From: Squalus acanthias
Taxonomy: Eukaryota
DNA length: 64,000 nucleotides
Direction of reading: 5' to 3'
Assembly: GCA_030390025.1 (NCBI GenBank)
Contig: CM059431.1
Span: forward strand, 101,496,001-101,560,000
Shown: positions 12,520 to 24,620 of the stretch, piece by piece
Numbering within the stretch: position 1 is the stretch's first letter
Layout of the letters: every line of letters starts with the position of its first letter
Program-made: the position numbers and the translations under genes
Notes under the pieces: model-generated
Told to the model about the DNA's origin: nothing
The model's database searches: none
The model's input: the letters and a program-made list of their open reading frames with translations, nothing else

Positions 12520-12879
12520 GAACTTAGGAACATAAGAAATAGGAGCAGGAGTAGTCCATACAGCCCCTCGAGCCTGCTCTGCCATTCAATAAGATCATGG
12601 CTGATCTTCTACCTCAACTCCACTTTCCTGCACTATTCCTATATCCCTTGATTCCCTTAGTGCCCAAAAATCTCTCGATCTCAGTCTTGAATATATTCAA
12701 TAACTGAGCATCCACAGGCCTCTGGGGCAGAGAATTCCAAAGATTCACAACCCTCTGAGTGAAGAAATTTCTCCTCATCTCAGTCCTAATTGGCCGACCC
12801 CTTATCCTGAGACAATGACTCTCTAACCAGGGGAAACAGCCTCTCAGCATCTACCCTGTTAATCCCCTTCAGAATCTTA
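12520..12879 (-). mobile_element. CR1 3' tail fragment
   Basis: LRIRGRPIRTEMRRNFFTQRVVNLWNSLP, then the tail. Confidence 0.85.
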
Positions 12880-13225
12880 GAGGTGCCGTCTTTCAGATGA
12901 GACGTTAAACCGAGGCCCTGTCTGCTCTCTCAGGCGGACGTAAAAGATCCCACTGGCACAATTTTGAAGAAGAGAGCACGGGAGTTCTTCCCTGTGTCCT
13001 GGGCCAATATTTATCCCTCAAGCAACATCGCTAAAACAGATTATCTGGTCACTTATCACATGGCTCTTTGTGGGATCTTGCTGTGCGCAAATTGGCTGCC
13101 GCGATTCCTATATTACAACAGTGACGACACTTCAAAAACTACTTCATTGGCTGTCAAGCGCTTTGGGACATCCTGAGCTCGTGAAAGGCGCTGTATAAAT
13201 GCAAGTTTTAAAAAATGTCTTTCTT
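12880..13225 (+). mobile_element. Deu-domain SINE, 5'-truncated
   Basis: gaggtgccgtctttcagatgagacgttaaaccgagg...ggcgctgtataaatgcaag. Confidence 0.85.
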
Positions 13226-13231
13226 TCATAC

Positions 13232-14250
13232 AGAGGTGCTGTCGGAATAACCCTGGTGAGATGCCGCAGTGCCACCTGTAGATAGTACACACTGCAGCCA
13301 TGGTGTCCCAGTGGTGGAAGGAGTGGCTCTTTGAGCCTAGCGACATGGGCACCGATCAAGCGGACTGCCCTGTCCTGGATGGTGTCAAGCTTCTTGAGTG
13401 TTGTTGCGACTGCAGCCGTCTTTGGTGGTGAATATTCCATCACACCCTTGACTTGAGCCTTGTAGATAGCAGAGAGGCTTTGAAGGGCAGGAGGTGAGCC
13501 ACTCATCTCAGAAAACGTTGCCTCTAGCCTGCTCTTGCAGCCGTGGTATTGATCTGGCTGGTTCATTTCAGCTTCTGATCAATGGCGACCCCCAAGATGT
13601 TGACGATGGGGGGGAACTCAACAATGGCGGTGCCTTTGAAGGTTAAGGGGAGGTGGCTAAGCGTTCATGTCTTCAAGGTGGTCATTATCTGGCACCTCTG
13701 TGGTGCAAATGTTACCTGCCACTTGTCAGCCCAAGTCTGGATGTTATCCAGTTCCTGGCATGGGCTGCTTCATTATCTGAGGAGTTGTGAATGGAGCTGA
13801 ACATTGTGGAATCATCAGCAGACAGCAACACTTTTGACCTTATGACGGAGGGAAGGTCATTAATGAAACAGCTGAAGATGGCTGAGCGAAGGACACTTTT
13901 TTCCCCACGTCTCTCTCCTCTTTTAAGACACTCCTGTAACCTCTCTCTTTGACAAAGCTTTTGGTCACCTGTCCTAATATCTCCTTATGTGCATCAGTGT
14001 CAAATTTTGTTGGATAACGCTCCTGTGAAGCGCCGTGGGAATTTTTACTATGTTAACGGCGCTATATAAATGCAAGTTGTTGTTGCTGTTCCCTGAGGAA
14101 TTCCTGCTGTGATGTCCGAGGGCTGTGAAGACTGGCCTTCGACAAACTCGACCATCTTTCTTTGCATCAGACATGGCTTCAACCATTGGATGGTTTTGCC
14201 TTTGACCTCCATTGACGTTTGTTTTGCTCGGGCTCTTTGGTGCAATTCTC
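13232..14250 (-). mobile_element. Degraded CR1-superfamily LINE (same family as 40815-43090), interrupted by an L2 tail at ~13905-14088
   Basis: KGKTIQWL...QRKMV..VEGQSSQPSDITAGIPQG and IYKAQVKGVMEYSP...LDTIQDRAVRLIG. Confidence 0.8.
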
Positions 14251-14504
14251 AGTTGAATTCTGCCTGAAATGCAAGTTTTTTTCTTTACCATCTCATAAGT
14301 CAATCACACACTGCAGACACTTCATTTTTTACTTTTGTATTTCTGGTGTAATGCTGTATTTCGGTGAGAAATTGGCGGAATCCCTGGAGAAACTGTATAA
14401 ACGGCTATTTCTCTGGAGTTTCTGTCAGCCACTCACTGGAGAACCCCTGTGGAATTTCCAGGTGAATGTATATTACTGACATATATTTGATAGTTTTGGC
14501 CCCA

Positions 14505-15130
14505 TCATAGAATCTTACAGCACAGAAGGAGGCCATTCGGCCCATCGTGCCTGTGCCGGCTCTTTGCAAGAGCGATCCAATTAGTCCCACTCCCCCTGCT
14601 CTTTCCCCATAGCCCTGTAAATGTTTCCTTTTCAAGTATTTATCCAATTCCCTTTTGAAAGTTATTATTGAATCTGCTTCCACCGCCCTTTCAGGCAGCG
14701 CGTTCCAGATCACAACAACTTGCTGCATAAAAAAAATTCTCCTCATCTTCCCTCTGGTTCTTTTGCCAATTACCTTAAATCTGTGTCCTCTGGTGATCGA
14801 CCCTCCCGCCAGTAGAAACAGTTTCTCGGTATCTACTCTATCAAAACCCTTCATGATTTTGAACACCTCGATTTAATCTCCCTTTAACCTTCTCTGCTCG
14901 AAGGAGAACAATCCCAGCTTCTCCAGTCTCTCCGCATAACTGAAGTCCCTCATCCCTGGCACCATTCTAGTAAATCTCCTCTACACCCTCTCCAAGGCCT
15001 TGACATCCTTCCTAAAGTGTGGTGTCCAGAATTGGAGACAATACTCCAGCTGGGGCCTAACCAGTGATTTATAAAGGTTAAGCATAACTTCCTTGCTCTT
15101 CTACTCTATGGCTCTATTTATAAAGACCAG
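14505..15130 (-). mobile_element. CR1 3' fragment
   Basis: FKIMKGFDRVD...TRGHRFKV...WNALPERAVEA. Confidence 0.85.
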
Positions 15131-15180
15131 TAATTTTAATACAAGAAGCCTCTGTTCATAGTTACTGGAAGACACAAAAT

Positions 15181-15820
15181 GGCCTTAATTGCAAGAGGAT
15201 TTGAGTACAGGAGCAAGGATGTCTTACTACAGTTGTACAGGGCCTTGGTGAGACCACACCTGGAGTACTGTGTGCAGTTTTGGTCTCCTTACCTAAGAAA
15301 GGATATACTTGCCATAGAGGGAGTGCAGTGAAGGTTCACCAGACTGATTCCTGGGATGGCAGGACTGTCGTATGAGGAGAGATTGGGTCGACTAGGCCTG
15401 TATTCACTAGGGTTTAGAAGAATGAGAGGGGATCTCATTGAAACGTATAAAATTCTGACAGGGCTAGACAGACTGGATGCAGGGAGGATGTTTCCCCTGG
15501 ATGGGGGGTCTATAATGAGGGGTCACAGTCTCAGGATACGGGGTAGGACATTTAGGACTGAGAGGAGGAGAAATTTCTTCACTCAGAGGGTGGTGAACCT
15601 GTGGAATTCTCTACCACAGAAGGTTGTGGAGGCCAAGTCACTGAATATATTTAAGAAGGAGACAGATAGATTTCTAGACACAAAAGGCATCAAGGGATAT
15701 GGGGAGAGAGCGGGAATATGGTATTGAGATAGAGGATCAGCCAAGATCATATTGAATGACGGAGCAGGCTCGAAGGGCCGAATGGCCTACTCCTGCTCCT
15801 ATTTTTCTATGTTTCTATGA
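15181..15820 (+). mobile_element. CR1 3' fragment
   Basis: GLSYEERLGRLGLYSL...[13 protein letters not shown], then a (tttctatg)n tail. Confidence 0.9.
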
Positions 15821-16463
15821 TACTTGGATGTTTTTGTAACCCATAAGATGTAAGAAGAACAATTCCCGCTTCTCTAGTCTCTCCACATAACTGAAGCCCC
15901 CCTTCAAAACATCGTTCAACATTTTATTGGCTTCGTTGATTGCTGCTTTGAAATGGTTGGGATATTTGGAGTGTTGAGACTGCTCGGATTCCCAGGTATC
16001 TTTCAGCCTCATCCTTCACCACTTCAACACCATCCACGGAGTACGTGTGTCAGCCACCTTCCCTCCTACACGCGATACTTTACACATGTCCAGGTTACAT
16101 TTCAACCGCCATTATTCGGCCCACTCACTAATTTTGTTTGGCTCATTCTGGAGTTTTTTGATTTGCCTCCTTCAGTTCCGTGCCCCTCCCAGTTTGCTAT
16201 CGTCTGCAAATTTGACCAATGACATTCCGGTCATTGATGTGAATTAGAAACAGAAGTGGTACCAATATTCAGCCTTGGTGCACCCCACTTAGTGTGGCCC
16301 CCGTTCCCCCTGCACCCCAACATTATCCCTCTAACCTTACCAGATCCAGATTCAAAGATATCAAGGGCCTTTCAACGCACAGTAAGGCATTAAACAATAT
16401 GAAAAAACAACAGAAAACGCTGGAAAAACTCAGCAGGCCAGGCATCATCTGTGGAGAGAGAAA

Positions 16464-16505
16464 CAGAGTTAACGTTTCAGGTCTGGGACCCTTCATCAGA
16501 ACTGG
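16464..16505 (-). ncRNA. Minimal hammerhead ribozyme motif (family 1)
   Basis: Minus strand reads ccagtt-CTGATGA-a-gggtc cca gacct-GAAACGTT-aactctg. Confidence 0.75.
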
Positions 16506-16554
16506 AAAAAGCTGGAGATGTAACAGATATTAAGCAGGTGCAGAGACAAGGGGT

Positions 16555-16633
<79 letters not shown>
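16555..16633 (+). repeat. Poly-G homopolymer (79 nt)
   Basis: Read directly from the sequence. Confidence 0.9.
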
Positions 16634-16634
<1 letters not shown>

Positions 16635-17000
16635 GGGGTGGCAGGGGAGGAAGGAATTGAAGGATCAAACACGAGAAGGGAAACTGAAAGCAATGAATCC
16701 TGCTGAGTTTTTCCAGCATTTTCTGTTGTCATTTCAGATTTCCAGCATCCGCAGTATTTTGCTGTTGTATTAGTGTTTGGTTCACTGCCACCTCTCTTCT
16801 AGGAATGCCCACCTTGAAGAAGTTCTGCTCCTCTCTCCGACAGGATTTCCGTTTGTCTCTTCAACCTTGTTCATCTTCATTGCTTTCAGTTTCCCTTCTC
16901 ATGTTTGATCCTTCAATTCCTTCCTCCCCTCCCACCCCCCCCCCCTCCCCCCCCCCCAGTCTCTGCACCTGCTTAATATCTGTTACATCTCCAGCTTTTT

Positions 17001-17042
17001 CCAGTTCTGATGAAGGGTCCCAGACCTGAAACGTTAACTCTG
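17001..17042 (+). ncRNA. Minimal hammerhead ribozyme motif (family 1)
   Basis: ccagtt-CTGATGA-a-gggtc cca gacct-GAAACGTT-aactctg; stem I is agtt/aact. Confidence 0.75.
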
Positions 17043-17272
17043 TTTCTCCCTCTACGGTTGCTGCCTGGCCTGCTGAGTTTTTCCAGCGTTTTCTGTTGTT
17101 ATTAAACAATATGAGTTGCCTGCATTATGCTGCTACAACTCGGTTGACTAACACTTCTGTAACTTTTTATTACATATTCGGTGGATTGTCCTGACCTTTG
17201 TTCCAGCAAATGCCCAACTTCCTGGGTCAAAGGTCAGGAGGATCCACCCTAGTATGTAACAAAATATTACAG

Positions 17273-18362
17273 AACAACATCAACAACAACTTGTATTTAT
17301 ATAGCGCCTTTAACGCAGTAAAACGCCCCGCGGCGCTTCACAGGAGCGTAAATCAAACAAAATTTGACACCGAGCCACATAAGGAGATGTTAGGAGAGGT
17401 GACCAAAAGCTTGGTCAAAGAGGTAAGTTTTAAGGAGCCTCTTAAAGGAGGAGAGAGAGGTAGAGAGCCTGAGAGATTTAGGGAGGGAATTACATAGGAT
17501 TACATAGGATATATGGCACAGAAACAGGCCATTTGGCCCAACCAGTCCATGCCGGTGTTTATGCTCCACTTGAGTCTCCCCCCATCGTCCCTCATCTTAA
17601 TATATCAGCACAACCCTCTATTCCCTTTTCCCTCATATGCTTGTCTAGCCTCCCCTTAAATGCAACCATACTAATCGCTTCAACCACTCCCTGTGGTAGC
17701 GAGTTCCACATTCTCACCACTCTTTGGGTAAAGAAGTTACTTCTGAATTCCCTATTGGATTTCTTGGTGACTATCTTATATTGATGGCCTCTAGTTATGC
17801 TCTTCCCCACAAGTGGAAACACTCTCTCTGTATCCACTCTATCAAAATTTTTCATAATTTTAAAGACCTCTGTTAGGTCACCCCTCAGCCTTCTTTTTTC
17901 AAGAGAAAAGAGACCCAGCCTGTTCATCCTTTCCTGATATGTATACCCTCGCATTTCTGGTATCATCCTTGTAAATCTTCTCTGCACCCTCTCCAGTGCC
18001 TCTATATCCTTTTTATAATATGGCGACCAGAACTGTACGCAGTACTCCAAGTGTGGTCTAACCAAGGTTCGATACAGGTTTAGCATAACTTCCCTAATTC
18101 CAGAGTTTCGGGCCCAGGCACGGCCACCAATGGTGGAGCGATTAAAATCGGGGATGTGCAAGAGTCCAGAATTGGAGGAACGCAGAGATCTCGGAGGGTT
18201 GTAAGGCTGGAGGAGGGTTACAGAGATAGGGCAGGGGGCGAGGACATGGAGGAATTTGAAAACAAGGATGGAGAATTTTAAATTCGAGGTGTTGCTGGAC
18301 TGGGAGCCAGTGTAGGTCAGCAAGCACAGTGGGTGAATGGGACTTGGTGCGAGTTAGGATAC
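17273..18362 (-). mobile_element. L2 3' fragment interrupted by a CR1 fragment (~17491-18095, minus)
   Basis: The L2 halves join at gagggaatt / aattccagag. The insert encodes [19 protein letters not shown]... Confidence 0.85.
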
Positions 18363-18699
18363 TCGCATTATTCAAGAGAGTTTACTAGTTATAGTGATTG
18401 GAAAACCCCAAATTCCCTGGGTACAAAGTTCTGAGAAAGTGAGACAAAGGTCCAGATTAGCATTGCCCCCTCCATTTTACATTGCCCTGGGATTTCTGTA
18501 GCATTACTGGGGTGGGGGGGACGGTGTTGGCGGGTGGGAGGTCAGGGACAGGCAAGTCTGTGGCACGCCAATGAGGTTCAAGGGCCGTTCCTGGCCTCCC
18601 TTCTCATTTCCCCGTTTGTCTGTGCGCTGATCAGGGTTTCCAAGGCTAGCCCAAGACTTCTAGACAGAGCTATCTCGAATAGTGCTCGCACACCCAAAA

Positions 18700-20420
18700 G
18701 AAAAGAAAGAAAGACTTGCATTTATATAGCGCCTTTCATGACCACCGGATGTCCCAAAGTGCTTTACAGCCAATGAAGTACTTTTGAAGTGGAGTCACTG
18801 TTGCAATGTGGGAAACGCAGCAGCCAATTTGTGCACAGCAAGCTCCCACAAACAGTAATGTGATAATGACCAGATAATCTGTTTTTGTTATATTGGTTGA
18901 GGGATAAAGATTGGCCAGGACACTGTGGATAACTACCCTGCTCGTCTTCGAAATAGTGCCATGGGATCTTTTACGTCCACCTGAGAGAGCAGACGGATCC
19001 TCGGTTTAATATCTCATCCAAAAGACAGCACCTCCGACAATGCAGCACTCCCTCAGCACTGCACTGGGACTAATCTACTGGAATTTTTTGAGGATGTAAC
19101 TGGTAGGATAGATAAGGGAGAACCAGTGGATGTGGTGTATTTGGACTTTCAGAAGGCTTTCGATAAGGTCCCGCATAAGAGATTAGCATGCAAAGTTAAA
19201 GCACATGGGATTGGGGGTAAGGTACTGACTTGGATTGAAAACTGGTTGGCAGACAAGAAGCAAAGAGTTGGAATAAACGGGTCTTTTTCCGAGTGGCAGG
19301 CAGTGACTAGTGTGGTACCGCAGGGATCGGTGCTGGGACCCCAGTTATTCACAATATATATTAATGATCTAGACGAGGGAACTAGATGTAATATCTCCAA
19401 GTTTGCAGACGACACAAAGCTGGGTGGGCGTGTGTGTTGTGAAGAGGATGCAGAGAAACTCCAGTATGATTTGGACAAGTTGGGTGATTGGGCAGATGCA
19501 TGGCAGATGCAGTATAATGTGGATAAATGCAAGGTTATCCACTTTGGTGGCAAAAACAGGAAGGCAGATTATTATCTGAACGGCAATAGATTGGGAAAAG
19601 GGGAAGTGCAACGAGACCTGGGTGTCCTTGTGCACCAGTCGCTGAAGGTAAGCATGCAGGTGCAGCAGGCGGTTAAGAAGGCAAATGGTATGTTGGCCTT
19701 CATAGCGAGAGGATTCGAGTACAGGAGCAAGGATGTCTTGCTGCAGTTGTACAGGGCCTTGGTGAGACCACACCTTGAGTATTGTGTGCAGTTTTGGTCA
19801 CCTTATCTGAGGAAGGATGTTCTTGCCATGGAGGGAGTGCAGCGAAGATTCACCAGACTGATACCTGGGATGGCAGGCATGACGTATGAAGAGAGATTGG
19901 GTCGATTAGGCTTATACTCGCTGGAGTTTAGAAGAATGAGAGGGGATCTCATTGAAACTTATAAAATTCTAACAGGACTAGACAGACTAGATGCAGGAAG
20001 GCTGTTCCCGATGGCGGGGGAGTCCAGAACCAGAGGTCACAGTCTAAGGATAAGGGGTAAGCCATTTAGGACAGAAATGAGGAGGAATTTCTTCACCCAG
20101 AGAGTGGTGAACCTGTGGAATTCTCTACCACAGAAGGCAGTTGAGGCCAATTCATTAAATATATTCAAGAAGGAGTTAGATATATTTCTTAAGGCTAAGG
20201 GGATCAAGGGATTTGGGGAGAAAGCAGGGACAGGGTACTGAATTTGGATGATCAGCCATGATCTCATTAAATGGCGGAGCAGGCTCGAGGGGCCGAATGG
20301 CCTACTCCTGCTCCTATCTTCTATGAGTGTCAGGCTAGATTTTTATATGCTCAAATCCCTGGACTATGAACCCACAACCTTCTGACTCAGAGGCGAGTGT
20401 GCTACCAACTTGAGCCACAG
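18700..20420 (-). mobile_element. Deu-domain SINE split by a CR1 (pieces 18700-19068 and 20325-20420)
   Basis: The pieces join at gcactggga / gagtgtcagg; the tRNA head lies at ~20365-20420. Confidence 0.85.
19069..20324 (+). mobile_element. CR1 LINE, 5'-truncated, open RT reading frame
   Basis: TNLLEFFED..VDVVYLDFQKAFDKVPH...PQGSVLGP...FADD...GTGY*; no stop codon over ~390 codons. Confidence 0.95.
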
Positions 20421-21307
20421 AGATGGAATTGGGGCCTTCTGGCTTTCAAAAGATCCTGGAGCGGCACCTCATTTTCGTGTCCATTCCACTGGCCCTAGCC
20501 ACTGCCCGGGGGCGGGCCTGAGTGGGAGATGTTCCCAGATCGTGCAATTAGCCATTGATTGCGGGGCAGTATATTTCAGGTGCACTGATTCTGTCTAGCA
20601 TTGGGGTGGATGGGGGGGTGGCGGGGGTGGGGGGGGGTGGCGGGGGTGGGGGGGGGTGACAGGGGGGTGGTGGGTGGGAGCAGCAGGAAATACCACCCGA
20701 CTGCCGAGTTGCACGAACCATTTTTTGGTCATCGGACACTTTAATGGAACCATTTTCATGTTATTTCAATGTGGAATGCATTAAAAATGCTGTTACGTCA
20801 TCTACAAAGGTTTCATGTTATTTTTATACAGCAAAGTAATAAAAGTCTGCCGTTGTGATCAAATGGGAATTCGCCTTTTTGAATTAGAGTGCCTTTTAAT
20901 TTCTCAGCTATGGCAAACCATTAAAAATTTTGTAACGGAAAATATAGACGTCCTTCGCACTGTAACACACGACATTTGAATCATCACTTTAAAAAACACA
21001 TAAATAATGAAATGAATACTGCTTTGGATTGTGACAGAAAATTTTTAAAAAGCTACTTAGAAAATGAATCATAATATTTTTTGTTCTTTCATGATTCTGC
21101 AAACTTGCATTTTATCATGTTTTCTTACAGTGATTTACTTCGACAATAAGTGTTAAGTTAACGGATGTGTCAGCTGTTTCCCACTTCAGTGTTTAAAATA
21201 TGGCAGCTTGACTGAACGCTTCCGAATAATGGAATAGATGTTTAGTCGACGAAGATTATCGACAGAGAAACAGATTCTGGGACAAAAAGATTAAAGATTG
21301 ATGGGAA

Positions 21308-21530
21308 CATAGAATTACATACATAGAAGGTGCAGCACAGAAACAGGCCATTCGGCCCAACTGGTCCGTGCCGGTGTTTATGCTCCACACGAGCCTCCTC
21401 CCACCCCTCTTCATCTCACCCCATCAACATATCCTTCTATTCCTTTCTCCCTCACGTACTTATCTAGTTTCCCCTTAAATGCATCTATGCTACTCGCCTC
21501 AACCACTCCCTGTGGTAGCGAGTTCCACAA
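21308..21530 (-). mobile_element. CR1 3' tail fragment
   Basis: cagcacagaaacaggccattcggccc...gagttccaca. Confidence 0.8.
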
Positions 21531-21544
21531 TTATAGTTCCATTT

Positions 21545-21856
21545 TTCGGATGAGACGTTAAACCGAGGCCCCGTCTGCTCTCTCAGGTGGACATAAAAGA
21601 TCCCACGGCACTATTTAGAAGAGCCGGGGGAGTTCTCCCCGGTGTCCTGGCCAATAATTATCCCTCAACCAACATCACAAAAACAGATTATCTGGTCATT
21701 ATCACATTGCTCTTTGTGGGAGCTTGCTGTGCGCAAACTGGCTGCCGCGTTTCCTACATTACATCAGTGACTACACTTCAAAAACGACTTCATTGGCTAA
21801 AAAGCGCTTTGGGACGTGAAAGCCGCTATATAAATGCAAGTCTTTTTTTTCTTTTT
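21545..21856 (+). mobile_element. Deu-domain SINE, 5'-truncated
   Basis: Deu core and tail. Confidence 0.85.
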
Positions 21857-22507
21857 TTAAAATTTAAAGTCTTTCTGTTTTCTATCCAGGATTTATTCGA
21901 AACTGTGTTAGTGACAGCTGAGAACAAAAATACAAAGATTCATGGGCTGCAACAGTTTATCGTTCCATGCACCAGACTGCACAGATGCAACTTTCACTCC
22001 ATTTCCATTTCTGCCTGCATATCTCACAGAGTGCTGGAATTGTGCCCAGGAAATGTTACAGAACTGGCACTGTGACCACTGACGTGGAACAGACACGGCT
22101 TTGATTAACTTTCCAAAATTAACCTTTGCACTTTTGTGTCCTGTATTTCCAAATGAATTTCGCAGGTTATATAAAAAAAAAATTTAAACCAATGTTGAAC
22201 GAAAGTAGAACTTCTTGAGACTTTGAAACGGTCACGTCATAATTAGCAGAGCTATCTTGGGAACATAGGAACAGGAGGAGACCATTCAGCCGTTCTCGAG
22301 CCTGTTCCGCCATTCAATTAGATCATGGCTGATCTGTTTCTGAACTCCAAATCTGTCCTCAATTGTCCAGATATTTCCAACGCTGGGAAATGGTTAAGAT
22401 TCAAAACTATTAGTAAGTATGACTTGCTAATTATTTTTTACTGTGCACAAACTTTCACGTGAACTTTATGCAGAAGATTATTAACACATGGAAGGAAATA
22501 AAGGAAC

Positions 22508-22960
22508 AAAGAAAGAAAAGAAAGACTTGCATTTCTACAGCACCTTTCACGACCTCAGGATGTCCCAAAGCTCTTCACAGCCAATGAAGTACTTTTTGAA
22601 GTGTAGTCACTGTTGTAATGTAGGAAACACGGCAGCCAATTTGCGCACAGCAAGCTCCCACAAACAGCGATGTGATAATGACCAGATAATCTGTTTTTTT
22701 TTTAGTGATTTCGGTTGAGGGATAAATATTGGCCCCAGGACACTGGGAATAACTCCCCCGCTCGTCTTCGAAATAATGCCCGTGGGATCTTTTACGTCCA
22801 CCTGAAAGAGCAGACGGGGCCTCGGTTTTAACGTCTCATCTGAAAAACGGCACCTCCGACAGTGCAGCGCTCCCGCGGTACTGCACTGGGAGTGTACCAG
22901 CCTGGATGTTGTGCTCAAGTCCCTAAAGTGACGTTTGAACTCATTACCTTTGGACGTGGA
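22508..22960 (-). mobile_element. Deu-domain SINE, 1 internal unit
   Basis: Reverse complement of the family; head degraded. Confidence 0.85.
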
Positions 22961-23084
22961 GATGAGAGAGCTAGAATTGAGTAATGATGTGCAACACAAA
23001 GAGATGCAACCAAAGACGTGAAACATTTGGGGTCACAACCTCAATGTCCAAGTCCCGAATCTTTTATCAACCTCATTGGATTTT

Positions 23085-23680
23085 TGGAATACAAAGGGGT
23101 GGAAGTTATGTTGCAGCTGCTCTGGTTAGAGCCCCCTTAGAGTATTGCATTCAGTTCTGGGCCCCGCAGCGCAGGAAGGATATATCGGCCTTGGAGGGGG
23201 GGCAGTGCAGATTCACCAGAATGATACCGGGGCTAAAAGGGTTAAATTATGAGGACGGGTTGTACAGACTGGGCTTGTATTCCCTCAAGTATAGAAGATT
23301 AAGGGGTGATCTAATCGAGGTGTTTAAGATGATTAAAGGAGTTGATAGGGTAGATAGAGAGAAACTATTTCCTCTGGTGGGGGGAGTCCAGAACAAGGGG
23401 GCTTCACCTTAAAATTAGAGCCAGGCCATTCAGGGGTGACGTCAGGAAGCACTTCTTCACACAAAGGGTGGTGGAAATCTGGAACTCTCTCCCCCGAAAG
23501 CTGTTGAGGCTGGGGGTCAATTGAAAATGTCAAAACTGAGATTGATAGATTTTTTTTGGGCAAGGGTATTAAGGGTAACGGAAGCAAGGTGGGTAGATGG
23601 AGTTAAGATACAGATCAGCCATGATCTAACTGAATGGCGGAACAGGCTGGAGGGGCAGAATGACCTCCTCCTGTTCCTGT
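23085..23680 (+). mobile_element. CR1 3' fragment
   Basis: LVRAPLEYCIQFWAP...RRLRGDLIEVFKMIKG. Confidence 0.85.
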
Positions 23681-23704
23681 GTACTCTTTTGGTTGGGTGC
23701 TTAA

Positions 23705-24250
23705 ACAAATAAACTGTAACTAATAAAACTTTAAATGAACCTTAACAACATAAATTAAAATTGTGTTGGCTGGGGTGATGATGCACTCCAGTCCCCGCGG
23801 CACCAACCGGTCGCGAAAGGCCTTGAGCGTGCCGGCGGACACCGCGTGCTCCATCTCCAGGGCCACCTGGGCACGAACGTGGCCGCGGAAGAGAGGCAGG
23901 CAGTCGGGCCGAACGACCCCCCTCGACCGCCCGCTGCCTGCACCAGTTAATGGCTACTTTGGCCAAGCCCAGGAGCAGTCCTACGAGGAGGTCCCCCCGA
24001 CCTGCCCGCGCTCCCCCCCGCACCGGGTGACCAAAGATCAGGAGCGTGGGACTGAAGTGCAGCCAAAAATCGAGGAGCAGCCCCTTCAAATAATGGAAGA
24101 GGGGCTGCAACCTCTCACACTCCATATATACGCGGAACACGGACTCCTCCAGGCCGCAGAAAAGGCAGGCGGCCTGGGAGTCCGTGAACCTACTTAAAAC
24201 CATATTGCACGGGATTGTTCCATGCAACACCCTCCAGGCCAAGTCCCCCT
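23705..24250 (-). mobile_element. Tx1/L1-clade LINE, ORF2 C-terminal zinc-knuckle region
   Basis: DLAWRVLHG...CLFCGLEESVFRVYMECERLQPLF...LAKVAI (zf-RVT-type Cys motif with His replaced by Arg); GC-rich; frameshift near 23915. Confidence 0.8.
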
Positions 24251-24620
24251 GGTCCTGTGTAATGCGTGGCTGACACTCTGCTCCTTTGCTGGCTCCCTGG
24301 CCCAGCCCTTTATTAGCCCAGAACCAGATTCTTCACCTCGACTAGCTGGCGGTTAGCTCTCAGAATTGGGGTCAATTATCTCCTTCCCATCCTATCCTCA
24401 CGCTGAGAGCCCCTCCTGCATAACCTAGATCTTCACCTCATTCATGTAAATCGGTTTTCCCTCTGCGTCCACTTGCGTGCGTATCGTGGCTGTCCCTTCG
24501 CATCCGATCCCATTGCTCCTACTTTTCCTTTCAGCCCCAATCTCCTCTCCCTTCCATTTTCTGCTCACCAACCATGCCACATTACACCTCTCCCTTTTCT
24601 ACCAACTGATCTCTCCTTGG

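Larger units (their letters stand above)
16403..17100. mobile_element. Penelope-like element with inverted pLTR arms and a 14-bp TSD
   Basis: attaaacaatatga occurs at 16389-16402 and 17101-17114. 16407-16697 is the reverse complement of ~16876-17100. A partial direct repeat starts at ~16699. Confidence 0.85.

Noticed and set aside
16451..16732. Poly-Gly and poly-Pro ORFs
   Set aside because: They are translations of the G79 homopolymer.
17592..18323. 243-aa ORF as a novel fusion protein
   Set aside because: Chance read-through from an L2 fragment into a nested CR1 fragment.
21889..22075. Possible terminal exon after a good acceptor (tttctgttttctatccag)
   Set aside because: No recognisable protein in any frame and no linked upstream exon; RNA-seq would be needed.
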